64,000 nt of DNA from an uncultured Balneolaceae bacterium (GCA_964457025.1 CAYWDK010000001.1:30273-94272), one strand, 5' to 3'. Counted from the stretch's first letter, positions 39,101 through 48,134 are shown. Notes: generated by a model not told the origin, from the letters alone. A program made the numbers and translations.

Positions 39101-39645
39101 CGGAAAACTACTACTATGCCACCGAGCAGCCCTACAACGATCCAAAGCTTTCCAGGTTTACTCCTTATGCGGAACTGGCAAGCAAGTCACGCCGGCGTGG
39201 CTTTTGGTCAATGAAGGAGGAGCATGTATTCCAGAAGCATGCCGAATTCATGAAAGACCTGGTTGAGGCCGGCGGGCTTGCAGGCGTGGGAAGCCACGGA
39301 CAGCTCGAAGGCCTCGGCTACCACTGGGAGCTATGGTCCATCCAGGCAGGTGGCATGGAAGAACTCGATGCACTGAAGGTCGCAACTATTCTGGGCGCCA
39401 AATCGCTAGGCCTGGAAGGAGACCTCGGCTCGATCGAAGCCGGCAAGCTGGCCGACCTGGTCATCCTGAACCGGAATCCACTGGATAATATCCGCAATAC
39501 CAACACTGTTCATTCGGTTATGAAAAACGGCCGGCTTTACGACGGCAACAGCCTGAATGAAGCATGGCCGCGCCAGCAACAGGCCGGCCCGTTCTGGTGG
39601 AAGCAGGATAAGCCCGGATCTTCACTGCCCGGTATACGCCAGTAG
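36103..39645 (+). CDS. Secreted TolB-like beta-propeller (PD40 repeats) fused to a metal-dependent amidohydrolase domain, paralogue 1
   Basis: 1180 aa with a signal peptide. There are at least 8 PD40-type blades (VSPDGNTIAF, YSPDGRYLLF, WSPDGDYIVV, FSHDGRFIYY, LSGDGKYIVY, PSPDGTKLAF, WSPDSRWLAY...). A K/E-rich linker follows. The amidohydrolase motifs are GFVDTHAHMW (HxH), GYPGHEHSFP, GVGSHGQLEG and GKLADLVILNRNPL. Confidence 0.85.
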   Translation: MQTLKTVLVLGIVFLLSAPEAFTTTYSFNRNTNLNFADFSFQADTTDSTAADSTKAEEKTNKDLPLDPERTVSFTTETGTWMSVDVSPDGNTIAFDLMGDIYTIPVEGGKATRITEGLAFDTHPRYSPDGRYLLFTSDRDGADNIWYLDLQEEDEEEKFHQVTDGNNRVPSADWSPDGDYIVVGKGGLTNKLWMYHKDGGRGVQLIDQPGGLKTIEPAFSHDGRFIYYSQRFGAWNYNAQLPQYQIGVYDRENGERSTITSRYGSAFTPTLSGDGKYIVYGTRFEEKTGLVIRTLATGEERWLAYPVQRDDQESIATMGVYPGMSFTPDNSRLIAFYGGKLWSIPLTGGQATEIPFEVDIEQEMGAQLDFQYPISDNKEAIATQIRDAVPSPDGTKLAFTVLNRLYVMDYPDGTPRRLTNTEVTEANPAWSPDSRWLAYASWEGDGGHLYKINTESRRPRPERLTSQPAIYGSPAWSYNSDRIVYLKGSAQSFKDSIGPFAFFGAIDDIAWISTDGGQEHFIAKANGRSNPHFVKANDRIYMNRGNDLISLRWDGTDEKRHVEVTGIRTYGFSGYGMESAEDAHGMSILHPYKEPKEPNPPSSASIVTMAPEGDQALAQINNEIYVLTVPQIGEAPTISVANPSAAMFPAKKLTTIGGQFPVWGGDGRKVHWSIGNAHLVYDLDDAKAFEDSVKAAKKEEAKKKEEAKDKEEELEGGEEADADSTSATAEKEELEEEDEKPDTYQPDEQRIEITYSRDIPEGVALLQGARIITMDGDEVIENGDILIENNRIKAVGAGGSLDVPSNAEVINMSGKTIIPGFVDTHAHMWPTWGIHKSQVWNYSANLAYGVTTTRDPQTATTDVLTYSDMVEAGSMLGPRVYSTGPGLGFWAYNIKSLDHAKDVMKQYSEYYKTKYIKMYLAGNRKQRQWIIMAAKDQEILPTTEGALDWKLNMTQMLDGYPGHEHSFPIHPIYRDVVQMTAESQMAVTPTLLVAYGGPWAENYYYATEQPYNDPKLSRFTPYAELASKSRRRGFWSMKEEHVFQKHAEFMKDLVEAGGLAGVGSHGQLEGLGYHWELWSIQAGGMEELDALKVATILGAKSLGLEGDLGSIEAGKLADLVILNRNPLDNIRNTNTVHSVMKNGRLYDGNSLNEAWPRQQQAGPFWWKQDKPGSSLPGIRQ

Positions 39646-39674
39646 CAGAAAAAACATATAAGTAGTATACAGAT

Positions 39675-39705
39675 GCCATCGTCCAAGCGATGGCTTCTGT
39701 GTTTT
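39675..39705 (+). terminator. Rho-independent terminator after paralogue 1
   Basis: A 7-bp stem pairs gccatcg (39675-39681) with cgatggc (39688-39694) around a 6-nt loop. The T-rich tail is ttctgtgtttt. Confidence 0.6.
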
Positions 39706-39779
39706 AAAGAGATTTACTAACTATTGAATTTATTTTTAATACATTATCGGCACTCAATCATCAATTTTATCCAATCGCT

Positions 39780-42700
39780 ATGAAAAGAATTCTCGCACTC
39801 TCGGTACTGTTGCTCTGCTGGCTCACCGCCCGGGCACAGGAAGAACAAAAAGAATGGGATGTCAGTAATCCCGGCGGACCTCACCAGGATGTGACTTTCA
39901 CTACGGACGAAGGCACCTGGATGAACGTAGATGTCAGCCCTGATGGAAATCACATTGTATTCGACCTTTTGGGAGATATCTACATAATGCCGTCTTCAGG
40001 CGGCCCGGCAACCGTTTTACGCCGGGGGCTTCCGTATGAGATACAACCGCGCTTCAGTCCTGACGGCAGCAAGATCTCATTTACCAGCGATGCCGGGGGA
40101 GGAGACAACATCTGGATTATGAACCGCGACGGCTCGGATCCCCGGCAGGTTACCAACGAAAGCTTCCGGCTGCTCAACAATGCCGTATGGTCACCGGAAG
40201 GTGAATACATCATAGCTAAAAAACACTTCAGCTCGACCCGTTCGCTGGGAGCTGGTGAGCTCTGGCTCTACCATACAAGCGGAGGTGCGGGCATTCAACT
40301 GGTAGAAAAACCCAATGCCCAGCAGGATCTCGGCCAGCCCTTTTCAAGCCCGGACGGGCGATATGTCTACTACAGTCAAGCAGTCTATCCCGGAGGGTAT
40401 TTTCAGTATAACAAGGATCCCAACAGCCAGATTTACGCCATCAACCGCTATGACCGCGAGACCGGAGAGATTGAGCGCATCACCGGAGGGGCAGGGGGAG
40501 CTATCAGTCCCACCATTTCGCCTGACGGTACCAAAATGGCGTTTATTCGCCGCGTAAGAACAAAAAGCGTAATCTATATCCGTGACCTTAATACCGGTAT
40601 TGAGAAACCCGTTTATGACCAGCTCAGCAAAGACCAGCAGGAAGCATGGGCCATCTTTGGGCCTTATGTCAATATCGACTGGATGCCCGACAACAAAACT
40701 TTGGTATTCTGGTCTCAAGGAAAAATCAACAAACTCAACACCGAGACTCTTCAGTCTGAGGTCATTCCATTTGATGTGGAATCGAGTCACCAGGTTGCTG
40801 AAGCCGTGACTTTCCGGCAGGATCCTGCCCCCGACACCTTCACTGCCAAAGCCGTCCGTCATGCCGTAACCGCTCCCAGCGGAAATTACATGGTATTCAA
40901 TGCCGCGGGCTACCTCTGGCGAAAAGACCTCCCCGATGGGACGCCTCGCAGGCTTACGCAGGGTACGGCCCTGGAATTCGAACCTGCCTTTTCCAGAGAT
41001 GGCAGGACCCTGGCCTACGTCACCTGGAGTGATACTGAGAAAGGGGCCATCATGACGCTGGATATGAACCGGCGCAATGCCCGGCCCAATAAGATCACCG
41101 ACGCTAAAGGCATTTACCGTGAGCCTTCTTTCTCACCCAATGGAAGTACAATCGTTTTCCGCAAAGAAGATGGCAACGGCCACCAGGGCACGTCCTATAC
41201 CACCGATCCCGGTATCTATACTATGCCGGCGGGAGGGGGAGAGGCAACGCTAATCACGGAAGACGGCAGCGAGCCTTCTTTCAGCGCCGACGGCAAGCGC
41301 ATCTTTTTCATGGGAGGCTCCTATCTTGACAATGCCTATAAGAGCGTCGATCTGGGCGGCAACGACGAACGAACACACTTCACATCCAAATACGCCAACA
41401 ATTTTGTGGTAAGCCCCGATAACAAATGGGTCGCTTTCAACGAACTGTTCAAGGTGTATGTGGCCCCTATGCCGATGGCCGGTAAAGAAATAGGGCTCAG
41501 CGCCGATACAAAATCGATCCCGGTCACCCACGTGGCCGAAGATGCCGGTATCAACCTTCACTGGTCAGCCAATAGTGACAAGCTGCACTGGACACTCGGG
41601 CCTAAGTATTACACTGTGGGGCTGAATGATGCCTTTGACTTCCTGAATGGAGAATCTGATACCGAACTGCCACTTGCCACGGCCGAGGGTATCGATATCA
41701 ACCTTCAGATGAATTCTGACAAACCTTCCGGCGTCATTGCCTTTACCAACGCCCGTATTATTACCATGAACGGCAATAATGACGTTATCGAAAATGGGAC
41801 AGTCGTAGTCCGCGACAACAGGATTGAGTCAGTAGGTCCGGCCAGGGAAGTATCTATACCCTCAGGCGCAACTGCTGTGGACGTCGCCGGCAAAACGATC
41901 ATGCCGGGAATCATTGACGTGCATGCCCACATCGGCAACTTCCGTCAGGGATTGAGCCCACAACAGCAATGGGAGTATTTTGCAAACCTAGCCTACGGGG
42001 TTACCACGGCTCACGATCCTTCTTCCAATACCGAAATGATCTTTTCTCAGGCTGAGATGATACGGGCCGGGAATATGGTAGGGCCCAGAATCTTCTCGAC
42101 CGGGCGCATCCTCTATGGTGCAGATGCCGAATTCAAAGCGGTTATCAACAACCTGGATGACGCTAAATCGGCGCTCCGCCGCACAAAGGCTTTCGGCGCT
42201 TTCTCGGTTAAAAGCTATAACCAGCCGCGAAGAAATCAGCGCCAGCAGGTTATAAAGGCAGCACGAGAACTGGAGATGATGGTCATGCCCGAAGGAGGAT
42301 CCACTTTTACTCACAATATGAGCATGATCCTGGACGGGCATACGGGAATCGAGCATAACATTCCCATATTCCCGGTTTATAAGGATGTTCTAACCTTATG
42401 GGGCGCAAGCAATACAGGCTATACACCTACACTTGTTGTGAACTATGGAAGTGTTAGTGGTGAATACTATTGGTACCAGCATACCAAGGTGTGGGAGAAA
42501 GAACACCTGCTCAAATATACTCCTCGGTCTGTGGTAGACAGCCGCTCACGTCATCGCACCATGATCCCAGAAGAGGAGTATGAAAACGGGCACATTATGA
42601 GCGCCGCTATGGCCGGAGATCTGTATCGTGAAGGGGTAACCGTCAACCTCGGTGCTCACGGGCAGCTGCAGGGACTCGGTGCGCACTGGGAGCTCTGGAT

Positions 42701-43073
42701 GTTCGAGCAGGGCGGCCTGGATGAGATGGACGCACTGCGAGTTGCCACTATCAACGGCGCCAGATATATCGGCATGGACCATGAGCTGGGCTCGCTGGAA
42801 TCCGGTAAGCTGGCAGATCTCATCGTGATTGATGGAAATCCGCTCGAAAATATCCGCGAAACCGAGAACGTCACGCATACGATGATTAACGGACGCCTAT
42901 ATGATACAGCAACTATGAATGAGATAGGGCACAGGCAAAAAGAGCGCCTGCCATTCTGGTGGGAGCTGGAGGGCTATGACCCTGCATTTGACTGGCATGC
43001 CACTACAGATGCCGATACCCGCTCGCACGGCTATATTCAATGCAGTTGTGGAGTCCTAATTGACAAGCACTAG
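39780..43073 (+). CDS. Secreted TolB-like beta-propeller fused to a metal-dependent amidohydrolase domain, paralogue 2
   Basis: 1097 aa with the signal peptide MKRILALSVLLLCWLTARAQ. It is colinear with paralogue 1 (TDEGTWMNVDVSPDGNHIVFDLLGDIYIMP vs TETGTWMSVDVSPDGNTIAFDLMGDIYTIP). The amidohydrolase motifs are GIIDVHAHIG, GHTGIEHNIP, LGAHGQLQG and GKLADLIVIDGNPL. Confidence 0.85.
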   Translation: MKRILALSVLLLCWLTARAQEEQKEWDVSNPGGPHQDVTFTTDEGTWMNVDVSPDGNHIVFDLLGDIYIMPSSGGPATVLRRGLPYEIQPRFSPDGSKISFTSDAGGGDNIWIMNRDGSDPRQVTNESFRLLNNAVWSPEGEYIIAKKHFSSTRSLGAGELWLYHTSGGAGIQLVEKPNAQQDLGQPFSSPDGRYVYYSQAVYPGGYFQYNKDPNSQIYAINRYDRETGEIERITGGAGGAISPTISPDGTKMAFIRRVRTKSVIYIRDLNTGIEKPVYDQLSKDQQEAWAIFGPYVNIDWMPDNKTLVFWSQGKINKLNTETLQSEVIPFDVESSHQVAEAVTFRQDPAPDTFTAKAVRHAVTAPSGNYMVFNAAGYLWRKDLPDGTPRRLTQGTALEFEPAFSRDGRTLAYVTWSDTEKGAIMTLDMNRRNARPNKITDAKGIYREPSFSPNGSTIVFRKEDGNGHQGTSYTTDPGIYTMPAGGGEATLITEDGSEPSFSADGKRIFFMGGSYLDNAYKSVDLGGNDERTHFTSKYANNFVVSPDNKWVAFNELFKVYVAPMPMAGKEIGLSADTKSIPVTHVAEDAGINLHWSANSDKLHWTLGPKYYTVGLNDAFDFLNGESDTELPLATAEGIDINLQMNSDKPSGVIAFTNARIITMNGNNDVIENGTVVVRDNRIESVGPAREVSIPSGATAVDVAGKTIMPGIIDVHAHIGNFRQGLSPQQQWEYFANLAYGVTTAHDPSSNTEMIFSQAEMIRAGNMVGPRIFSTGRILYGADAEFKAVINNLDDAKSALRRTKAFGAFSVKSYNQPRRNQRQQVIKAARELEMMVMPEGGSTFTHNMSMILDGHTGIEHNIPIFPVYKDVLTLWGASNTGYTPTLVVNYGSVSGEYYWYQHTKVWEKEHLLKYTPRSVVDSRSRHRTMIPEEEYENGHIMSAAMAGDLYREGVTVNLGAHGQLQGLGAHWELWMFEQGGLDEMDALRVATINGARYIGMDHELGSLESGKLADLIVIDGNPLENIRETENVTHTMINGRLYDTATMNEIGHRQKERLPFWWELEGYDPAFDWHATTDADTRSHGYIQCSCGVLIDKH

Positions 43074-43096
43074 CATGTAATTCAATACCCTTAAAC

Positions 43097-43128
43097 AAAA
43101 GGCCCCCGATATAAACCGGGGCTTTTTT
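43097..43128. terminator. Probable bidirectional rho-independent terminator between convergent genes
   Basis: The element reads aaaa-GCCCC-(11-nt loop)-GGGGC-tttttt. A 5-bp GC stem (43102-43106 / 43118-43122) is flanked by an A-tract and a T6 tract, so either strand gets a U-tail. Confidence 0.55.
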
Positions 43129-43151
43129 ATTTCAAAAAGATGCGGCCGCAA

Positions 43152-43379
43152 CTACTCCTTCATATGTTTCCACTGGTGGTACATATCGAAGAAAAGCCAC
43201 AGAAAAGGGTAGATGGGGATCAGAATGCATAAAACCAGTTTCAACGTTTTGTTGTTGGATGCCGGCAGCTGCGCAATGCCCGCTACACCCGCCATCCAGA
43301 AAATACTGACCATGAATAGGGTAAAAGCGATAAGGATAGAACCGAAAAATCCGAAGTTGTTGTAAAAGGTCTCTAGCAT
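43152..43379 (-). CDS. Small membrane protein (two TM helices), unknown function
   Basis: 75-aa ORF with two clear hydrophobic helices. It fills the gap between the terminator and the der promoter region. There is no family-level evidence. Confidence 0.45.
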   Translation of the reverse strand: MLETFYNNFGFFGSILIAFTLFMVSIFWMAGVAGIAQLPASNNKTLKLVLCILIPIYPFLWLFFDMYHQWKHMKE

Positions 43380-43464
43380 CTAAATAAAAGCTCTACTTTC
43401 AGCTGTTTATTCGTTATTTTTGTGGCTTTCTGCAAACCGAAAAAATAAGAAGAATATTTACAAG

Positions 43465-44772
43465 ATGCTTCCGGTAGTTTCAATAGTAGGGCGACCCAAC
43501 GTTGGCAAGTCCACCATTTTTAATCGATTGATCGGCAGCCGAAAGGCTATCGTCGACGACCAGTACGGGGTAACCCGAGACCGCCACTACGGAGAGTCCT
43601 TTTGGAACGGCCGTGAATTTACTGTTATCGACACGGGAGGCTACCTGCCCGACGAAACCGATGTAATGATAAAAGGCATTCGTGAACAGGTGCATATTGC
43701 CATAGAAGAATCCGACGTCATCCTTTTTGTTGTCGATACTGAAGGCGGCATCACCAGCCTTGATCAATCGGTTGCCAATCTGCTGCGCCAGCAGGAAAAG
43801 CCCGTACTCTTGGTCGCCAACAAAGCCGACAACCAAGAGCGGGCGCTGAATGCCAGTGAGTTTTATGCGCTCGGTTTCGAGGAACTCTATCCCATATCGG
43901 CCCTCAACGGCACGGGTACCGGAGAACTGCTTGACAAGCTGGTAGAGGTACTGCCCGAGAAACAGGATGAACCGGAAAGCAAATTCCCAAAACTCGCCGT
44001 CGTGGGACGTCCCAATGTGGGCAAAAGCAGTTTTGTGAATGCTTTGCTAAACGACGAACGTTGTATCGTAACCGACATACCCGGCACCACCCGTGATGCC
44101 ATAAACAGCAAACTTATCTACAATGAACGTGAGTATATTCTGGTGGATACGGCCGGGCTTCGGAAACGCCGCAAGGTCAAAGAGAATGTCGAGTTCTACA
44201 GTACCGTCCGCACCGACCGTGCCATCAGGGAGTGTGATGTAGCTATTCTTATGCTTGACGCCATGCAGGGATTCGAGGCACAAGATAAACACATTCTCAG
44301 CGAGGCGGTAAAGTTCAATAAGGGTGTCGTTATTGTGCTCAACAAATGGGACCTGGTGCCAGATAAGGATACCAATGTGCACAAAGAGTTTGAAGAGTAC
44401 ATCTACAGTCAAGTACCCTCCATGGACTGGATCCCCATTGTCTCCATTTCGGCCACCGACCGCAAGCGTATTCACAGGGTGATTGATGTAGCAGAAGAGG
44501 TTATGGAGGAACGCAGAAAAGAGATCGGCACGCCAGTCTTCAACGACTTCCTGCAAGAAATTATGAAAGAGAAGCCACTGCCAATTAAAAGGGGACATCC
44601 GCTAAAGATTAAATATGCCACCCAGGTAAAATCCAATCCTCCGGTTTTCAAGTTTTTTATGAATACACCCTCCGAACTTCCGGCCAATTACCGTAAATTT
44701 ATAGAGCGCAGGATACGGGAGCGCTTCGGTTTCAAGGGGGTTCCCATAACCATGACTTTTAAAGAGAAATAG
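43465..44772 (+). CDS. der: Ribosome-associated GTPase Der (EngA)
   Basis: 435 aa from ATG 43465 (MLPVVSIVGRPNVGKST). Two tandem G domains are present (GRPNVGKST / GRPNVGKSS, DTGG / DTAG, NKAD / NKWD), followed by a KH-like C-terminus. Confidence 0.96.
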   Translation: MLPVVSIVGRPNVGKSTIFNRLIGSRKAIVDDQYGVTRDRHYGESFWNGREFTVIDTGGYLPDETDVMIKGIREQVHIAIEESDVILFVVDTEGGITSLDQSVANLLRQQEKPVLLVANKADNQERALNASEFYALGFEELYPISALNGTGTGELLDKLVEVLPEKQDEPESKFPKLAVVGRPNVGKSSFVNALLNDERCIVTDIPGTTRDAINSKLIYNEREYILVDTAGLRKRRKVKENVEFYSTVRTDRAIRECDVAILMLDAMQGFEAQDKHILSEAVKFNKGVVIVLNKWDLVPDKDTNVHKEFEEYIYSQVPSMDWIPIVSISATDRKRIHRVIDVAEEVMEERRKEIGTPVFNDFLQEIMKEKPLPIKRGHPLKIKYATQVKSNPPVFKFFMNTPSELPANYRKFIERRIRERFGFKGVPITMTFKEK

Positions 44773-44860
44773 TTAATTTATCTTTTGAAGTGAAGCGGCG
44801 AATCATTTATTTTTAGCTCGTTGCAAACAACGCCATTACTAATTGCGCTAACCATTACAC

Positions 44861-45559
44861 ATGCCTAAAGTAGAAAATCTGGAAAAGCCACGTGCCAACG
44901 CGCTCAATCAGGATTACGACAGGGAACGCGACCTTTCGTTTACTGAAAAGCTCTACCTTCCCGAAATATTCAAGGCACTTTGGTATTCGCTGAAGCAGAT
45001 GTTTCAGCCTACGGTTACCCTCAACTATCCCGAAGAAAAATGGGATCCGCCTTCTATATTCCGAGGCCGGCCGGTACTGGTTGAAGATAACGGCAAAGAA
45101 CGGTGTGTTGCCTGCGGGCTCTGTGCAAGAGCATGTCCGCCGCTGGCTATAAGCATGCAAGCCAATGAAGATTCAGACGATCCCAAGGAACGTTATCCGG
45201 ATGTATTTGAAATCAATATGCTGCGGTGTATTTACTGTGGCTACTGTGAAGAGGTCTGCCCGGAAGAGGCTATTGTAATGAGTAAGGATTACGATATTGT
45301 ATTCGAGAGCAGGGAAGAGGCGGTCTACGACAAGCAGCGGCTCCTGGTACCGAAAGAAGACCTCAAGGAGCGGCTGGACTTCCTTAGGAAGTATAAAAAC
45401 CGTCAGTTCGGTCAATTTTGGGATTTTCAGGAGGAAAACAACATTCACTCTGTTCGCGACAGGGACCGCGAATTCAATACCGGACTTTCTCTCGTTGAAA
45501 TGCTGGAACGCCAGAAAAAGAACGACAGCGTTCAGGCCGACTCAGAATGGGTACGTTAA
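44861..45559 (+). CDS. nuoI: NuoI-like 2x[4Fe-4S] ferredoxin subunit of NADH:quinone oxidoreductase, with N- and C-terminal extensions
   Basis: 232 aa with two cluster motifs ([12 protein letters not shown] and [12 protein letters not shown]). The NuoI-type N-terminal block is [22 protein letters not shown]. About 70 extra C-terminal residues are present, and no other nuo genes occur in the window. Confidence 0.8.
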   Translation: MPKVENLEKPRANALNQDYDRERDLSFTEKLYLPEIFKALWYSLKQMFQPTVTLNYPEEKWDPPSIFRGRPVLVEDNGKERCVACGLCARACPPLAISMQANEDSDDPKERYPDVFEINMLRCIYCGYCEEVCPEEAIVMSKDYDIVFESREEAVYDKQRLLVPKEDLKERLDFLRKYKNRQFGQFWDFQEENNIHSVRDRDREFNTGLSLVEMLERQKKNDSVQADSEWVR

Positions 45560-45581
45560 GCAAGTGAATTACTACACATAG

Positions 45582-46142
45582 ATGTCTGACAAACAAATCT
45601 CGCAGGAAGAGCTCGATCAACTGGTTGATGACGCCTCATACCTTCAGGACGAAGCCGAAGCCCTGAAATATGTCATAGGAAACGTACCTTATACCGAAAA
45701 CCCGCCAGAGGGTAAGTCTATTGCCGAAATGCTGCTCCTCATCGACCACGCCCAGCTTTCCTACTACAGGCCGATCCTGGAAGAAGCGTTTAAAAACCCG
45801 CGGCCCACACGCCTTGAAGATTTTGACCACTTCCGAGATACCTTTAAAGTAGACGAAGACAAACTGGAGGACATTCAAAAGCTGCTCAGCAAAATAGCAA
45901 AACACAGGGCAGGACTTGTAAATGTTATTAAAAATATACCGTTAATTGACTGGGAGATAACAATTTACAACAATGACCGTGAATTATTATTGTTTGATTT
46001 CATCAGAGAAATGATTCGCTTTGACCGGTCTGTCTTAAAGGATATCGCCGACCGGGTGATGATCTACAGCCAGGAAAAAGCAACTCAGAGAGAGATTGAA
46101 CAGCGTAAAATGCAACGGAATCCACATCCCGATAACTCTTAA
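45582..46142 (+). CDS. Hypothetical protein, possibly DinB-superfamily four-helix bundle
   Basis: 186 aa. PPEGKSIAEMLLLIDHAQLSYY plus later His-containing helices (DHFRD, IAKHRAG) resemble DinB_2-type proteins. This is a motif-level impression only. Confidence 0.45.
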   Translation: MSDKQISQEELDQLVDDASYLQDEAEALKYVIGNVPYTENPPEGKSIAEMLLLIDHAQLSYYRPILEEAFKNPRPTRLEDFDHFRDTFKVDEDKLEDIQKLLSKIAKHRAGLVNVIKNIPLIDWEITIYNNDRELLLFDFIREMIRFDRSVLKDIADRVMIYSQEKATQREIEQRKMQRNPHPDNS

Positions 46143-46154
46143 AGAACAGTATTA

Positions 46155-46787
46155 ATGGAATGGGGAGCTCTTTTACTTCTGGTAGTTTCCATCTATGCCG
46201 GATGGAAGGCATACGGCTTATCTCAAGAGCGCGAGGGACTCAAATTTGAAGGCCTTGCGGCTACCTGTCTGGTATTCGGTATAGTACAGCTGATTATTAT
46301 CATAGACGGCATACTTTCGTCATATGAGATGACTCTGTATTCTGATGTGGTACTGGAATGGGGTCATATCATTTGTCTGGCACTGGTTCTAAGTTCGCTT
46401 GCCATCTTTATCAGAGAATCAAAGCCGGTATTTGCCCAGTTCCCGATGATTTATACAGCTTTGCCTTTACTGATCGTGCTTTCATATTTCCTGGTAGTTG
46501 ACACTTATGCTATTAAAGACTGGCTGATATCGATCTACCAGGGAGGGGCCATATTGGTTGCCCTGCTGATGTACAGCGTATATACCTACCGGAACCCAGA
46601 ATACGCTCCTGTTCTTGCGGGAACAGGAATGTTTCTGCTCACATTTCTCTTGTACTGGTATTTACCGATCGTAGCCGAAGCCAAGGAATGGTTATGGAAA
46701 GTACTTTTTTCAGTCAGCATATTACTTACCGTCTACGGTTATGAGAAGGCACATAAAGCACTGCGTATTGAAAGCCAGAACCTATAA
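46155..46787 (+). CDS. Polytopic membrane protein, unknown function
   Basis: 210 aa with about 6 hydrophobic helices. It starts 12 nt after the previous stop. Confidence 0.55.
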   Translation: MEWGALLLLVVSIYAGWKAYGLSQEREGLKFEGLAATCLVFGIVQLIIIIDGILSSYEMTLYSDVVLEWGHIICLALVLSSLAIFIRESKPVFAQFPMIYTALPLLIVLSYFLVVDTYAIKDWLISIYQGGAILVALLMYSVYTYRNPEYAPVLAGTGMFLLTFLLYWYLPIVAEAKEWLWKVLFSVSILLTVYGYEKAHKALRIESQNL

Positions 46788-46806
46788 CAGACGCAAAAGA
46801 CCGTAA

Positions 46807-47271
46807 ATGCTTAAAAAAGGTGACAAAGCTCCGGATTTTACCTTACAGGACACACGGGGCGACAAGGTGTCCCTTTCTGATATAATCGGAGACAAGCAGG
46901 TGCTGATACTCTTTTTCCCGCTTGCATATACCGGCACCTGTACCAAAGAACTGTGCAGTGTAAGAGATAATATGAAGCTCTATGAATCCCTTGACGCACA
47001 GATACTGGCAATCAGTGTCGACAGCTTCCATGTACTGAGGGAGTACAAAAAGTCACAGAACCTCAACTTCACGCTCTTGAGTGATTTCAATAGAGAAGTG
47101 TCACGAAAATACGGTACACTCTACAATGATTTTTATGGGATGAAAGGTGTAAGCAAACGGTCGGCTTTCGTGGTAGGGAGGGATGGAAGCTTGCTCTATG
47201 CTGAGGTACTGGAAGACGCGGATAAACTTCCAGACTTCGAAGCCATTACCGGTGCCTTACAGGATCCATAA
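46807..47271 (+). CDS. Peroxiredoxin (AhpC/TSA-Redoxin family, AhpE/Bcp-like)
   Basis: 154 aa with the peroxidatic Cys context FFPLAYTGTCTKELC and a downstream ILAISVDS block. Confidence 0.9.
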   Translation: MLKKGDKAPDFTLQDTRGDKVSLSDIIGDKQVLILFFPLAYTGTCTKELCSVRDNMKLYESLDAQILAISVDSFHVLREYKKSQNLNFTLLSDFNREVSRKYGTLYNDFYGMKGVSKRSAFVVGRDGSLLYAEVLEDADKLPDFEAITGALQDP

Positions 47272-47388
47272 AAGTAACCTTTCCTGAATTATGTTAAAGA
47301 TGATGATATGAGGGGATAATAGTTAAATAATACAACTTTACATAATATAAATTATACGACACATATACACTATTTAAATAAAGAACAT

Positions 47389-47419
47389 AAAAAAATCCCG
47401 GCACGATCAGGTACCGGGA
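47389..47419 (-). terminator. Rho-independent terminator of the 47483-48013 gene
   Basis: On the minus strand, UCCCGGUAC-(6-nt loop)-GUGCCGGGA is followed by U7. The stem is 9 bp including one G-U pair. That position would be a C-A mismatch on the + strand, which favours minus-strand function. Confidence 0.65.
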
Positions 47420-47482
47420 CTTGGATTAAGTATGCAAACGATTCTCAGCATAGATAACTGAATCGTGGTTGTTTGAGCTCCT

Positions 47483-48013
47483 TTACTTCATTCTCTTATA
47501 GTTAATTCGCCATTGCAACTGCCAGGATTTGCCCTCATCCAGAGAAGCTTCCCAATCCCACGTGAGCGAGTCTTCCGCAATATCTTTAAAAACCATCCGC
47601 TGATGTATTTTTCGCCCTTCCCGGCCAATCGCTTCTCCCCGGAAAATTCGTTTGCCATCTTCCGTTATCCCTACAAACTCCAAGTAGGCGCCGTTACTAT
47701 CTACCCAAGTCTGTTTCCATTCTTTCGTATTTGCTTTGTATACCGACCAAGACTTTCCTTTATAGCCTTTATTCCGGCCGGTTAAAACTTCAAAGTTCTC
47801 CTGTATAACTTTTCCGTCAAGAACTCGGCTGATCACATTCCGGCCAGTGGCGATAGTTCCGTCAGGCTCTTCATAGGAAATCTCCCACTCACCGATCCAG
47901 AAATCAAAATAGGATTCGGGATCCTGATCATCCATAGATGTCTGCTGGGATCGGGCTTCAACCGATATTCCCAATGAGATGGCAAATATTATAAAAGTAA
48001 CGACCGGTTTCAT
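47483..48013 (-). CDS. Secreted hypothetical protein (DUF1579/lipocalin-like impression)
   Basis: 176 aa with the signal peptide MKPVVTFIIFAISLGISVEA. The FDFWIGEWE motif is followed by beta-rich sequence. Confidence 0.6.
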   Translation of the reverse strand: MKPVVTFIIFAISLGISVEARSQQTSMDDQDPESYFDFWIGEWEISYEEPDGTIATGRNVISRVLDGKVIQENFEVLTGRNKGYKGKSWSVYKANTKEWKQTWVDSNGAYLEFVGITEDGKRIFRGEAIGREGRKIHQRMVFKDIAEDSLTWDWEASLDEGKSWQLQWRINYKRMK

Positions 48014-48134
48014 TGCTTCTGAGGATTGGGTTTATGAATACTGATTTATCCCAATAACCGCCTCATGGCCGTCATAATCGTTAATTTTTATAAAGGTTTA
48101 CCTATTTTCCCGGTTATATCGCCGATCACGGGAC

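Noticed and set aside
47272-47482. AT-rich 211-nt spacer, considered as a possible island boundary, att site or small RNA
   Set aside because: It lies between two convergent gene ends and contains the minus-strand terminator at 47389-47419. There are no flanking repeats or mobility genes. The AT-richness is typical of terminator and 3' regions.
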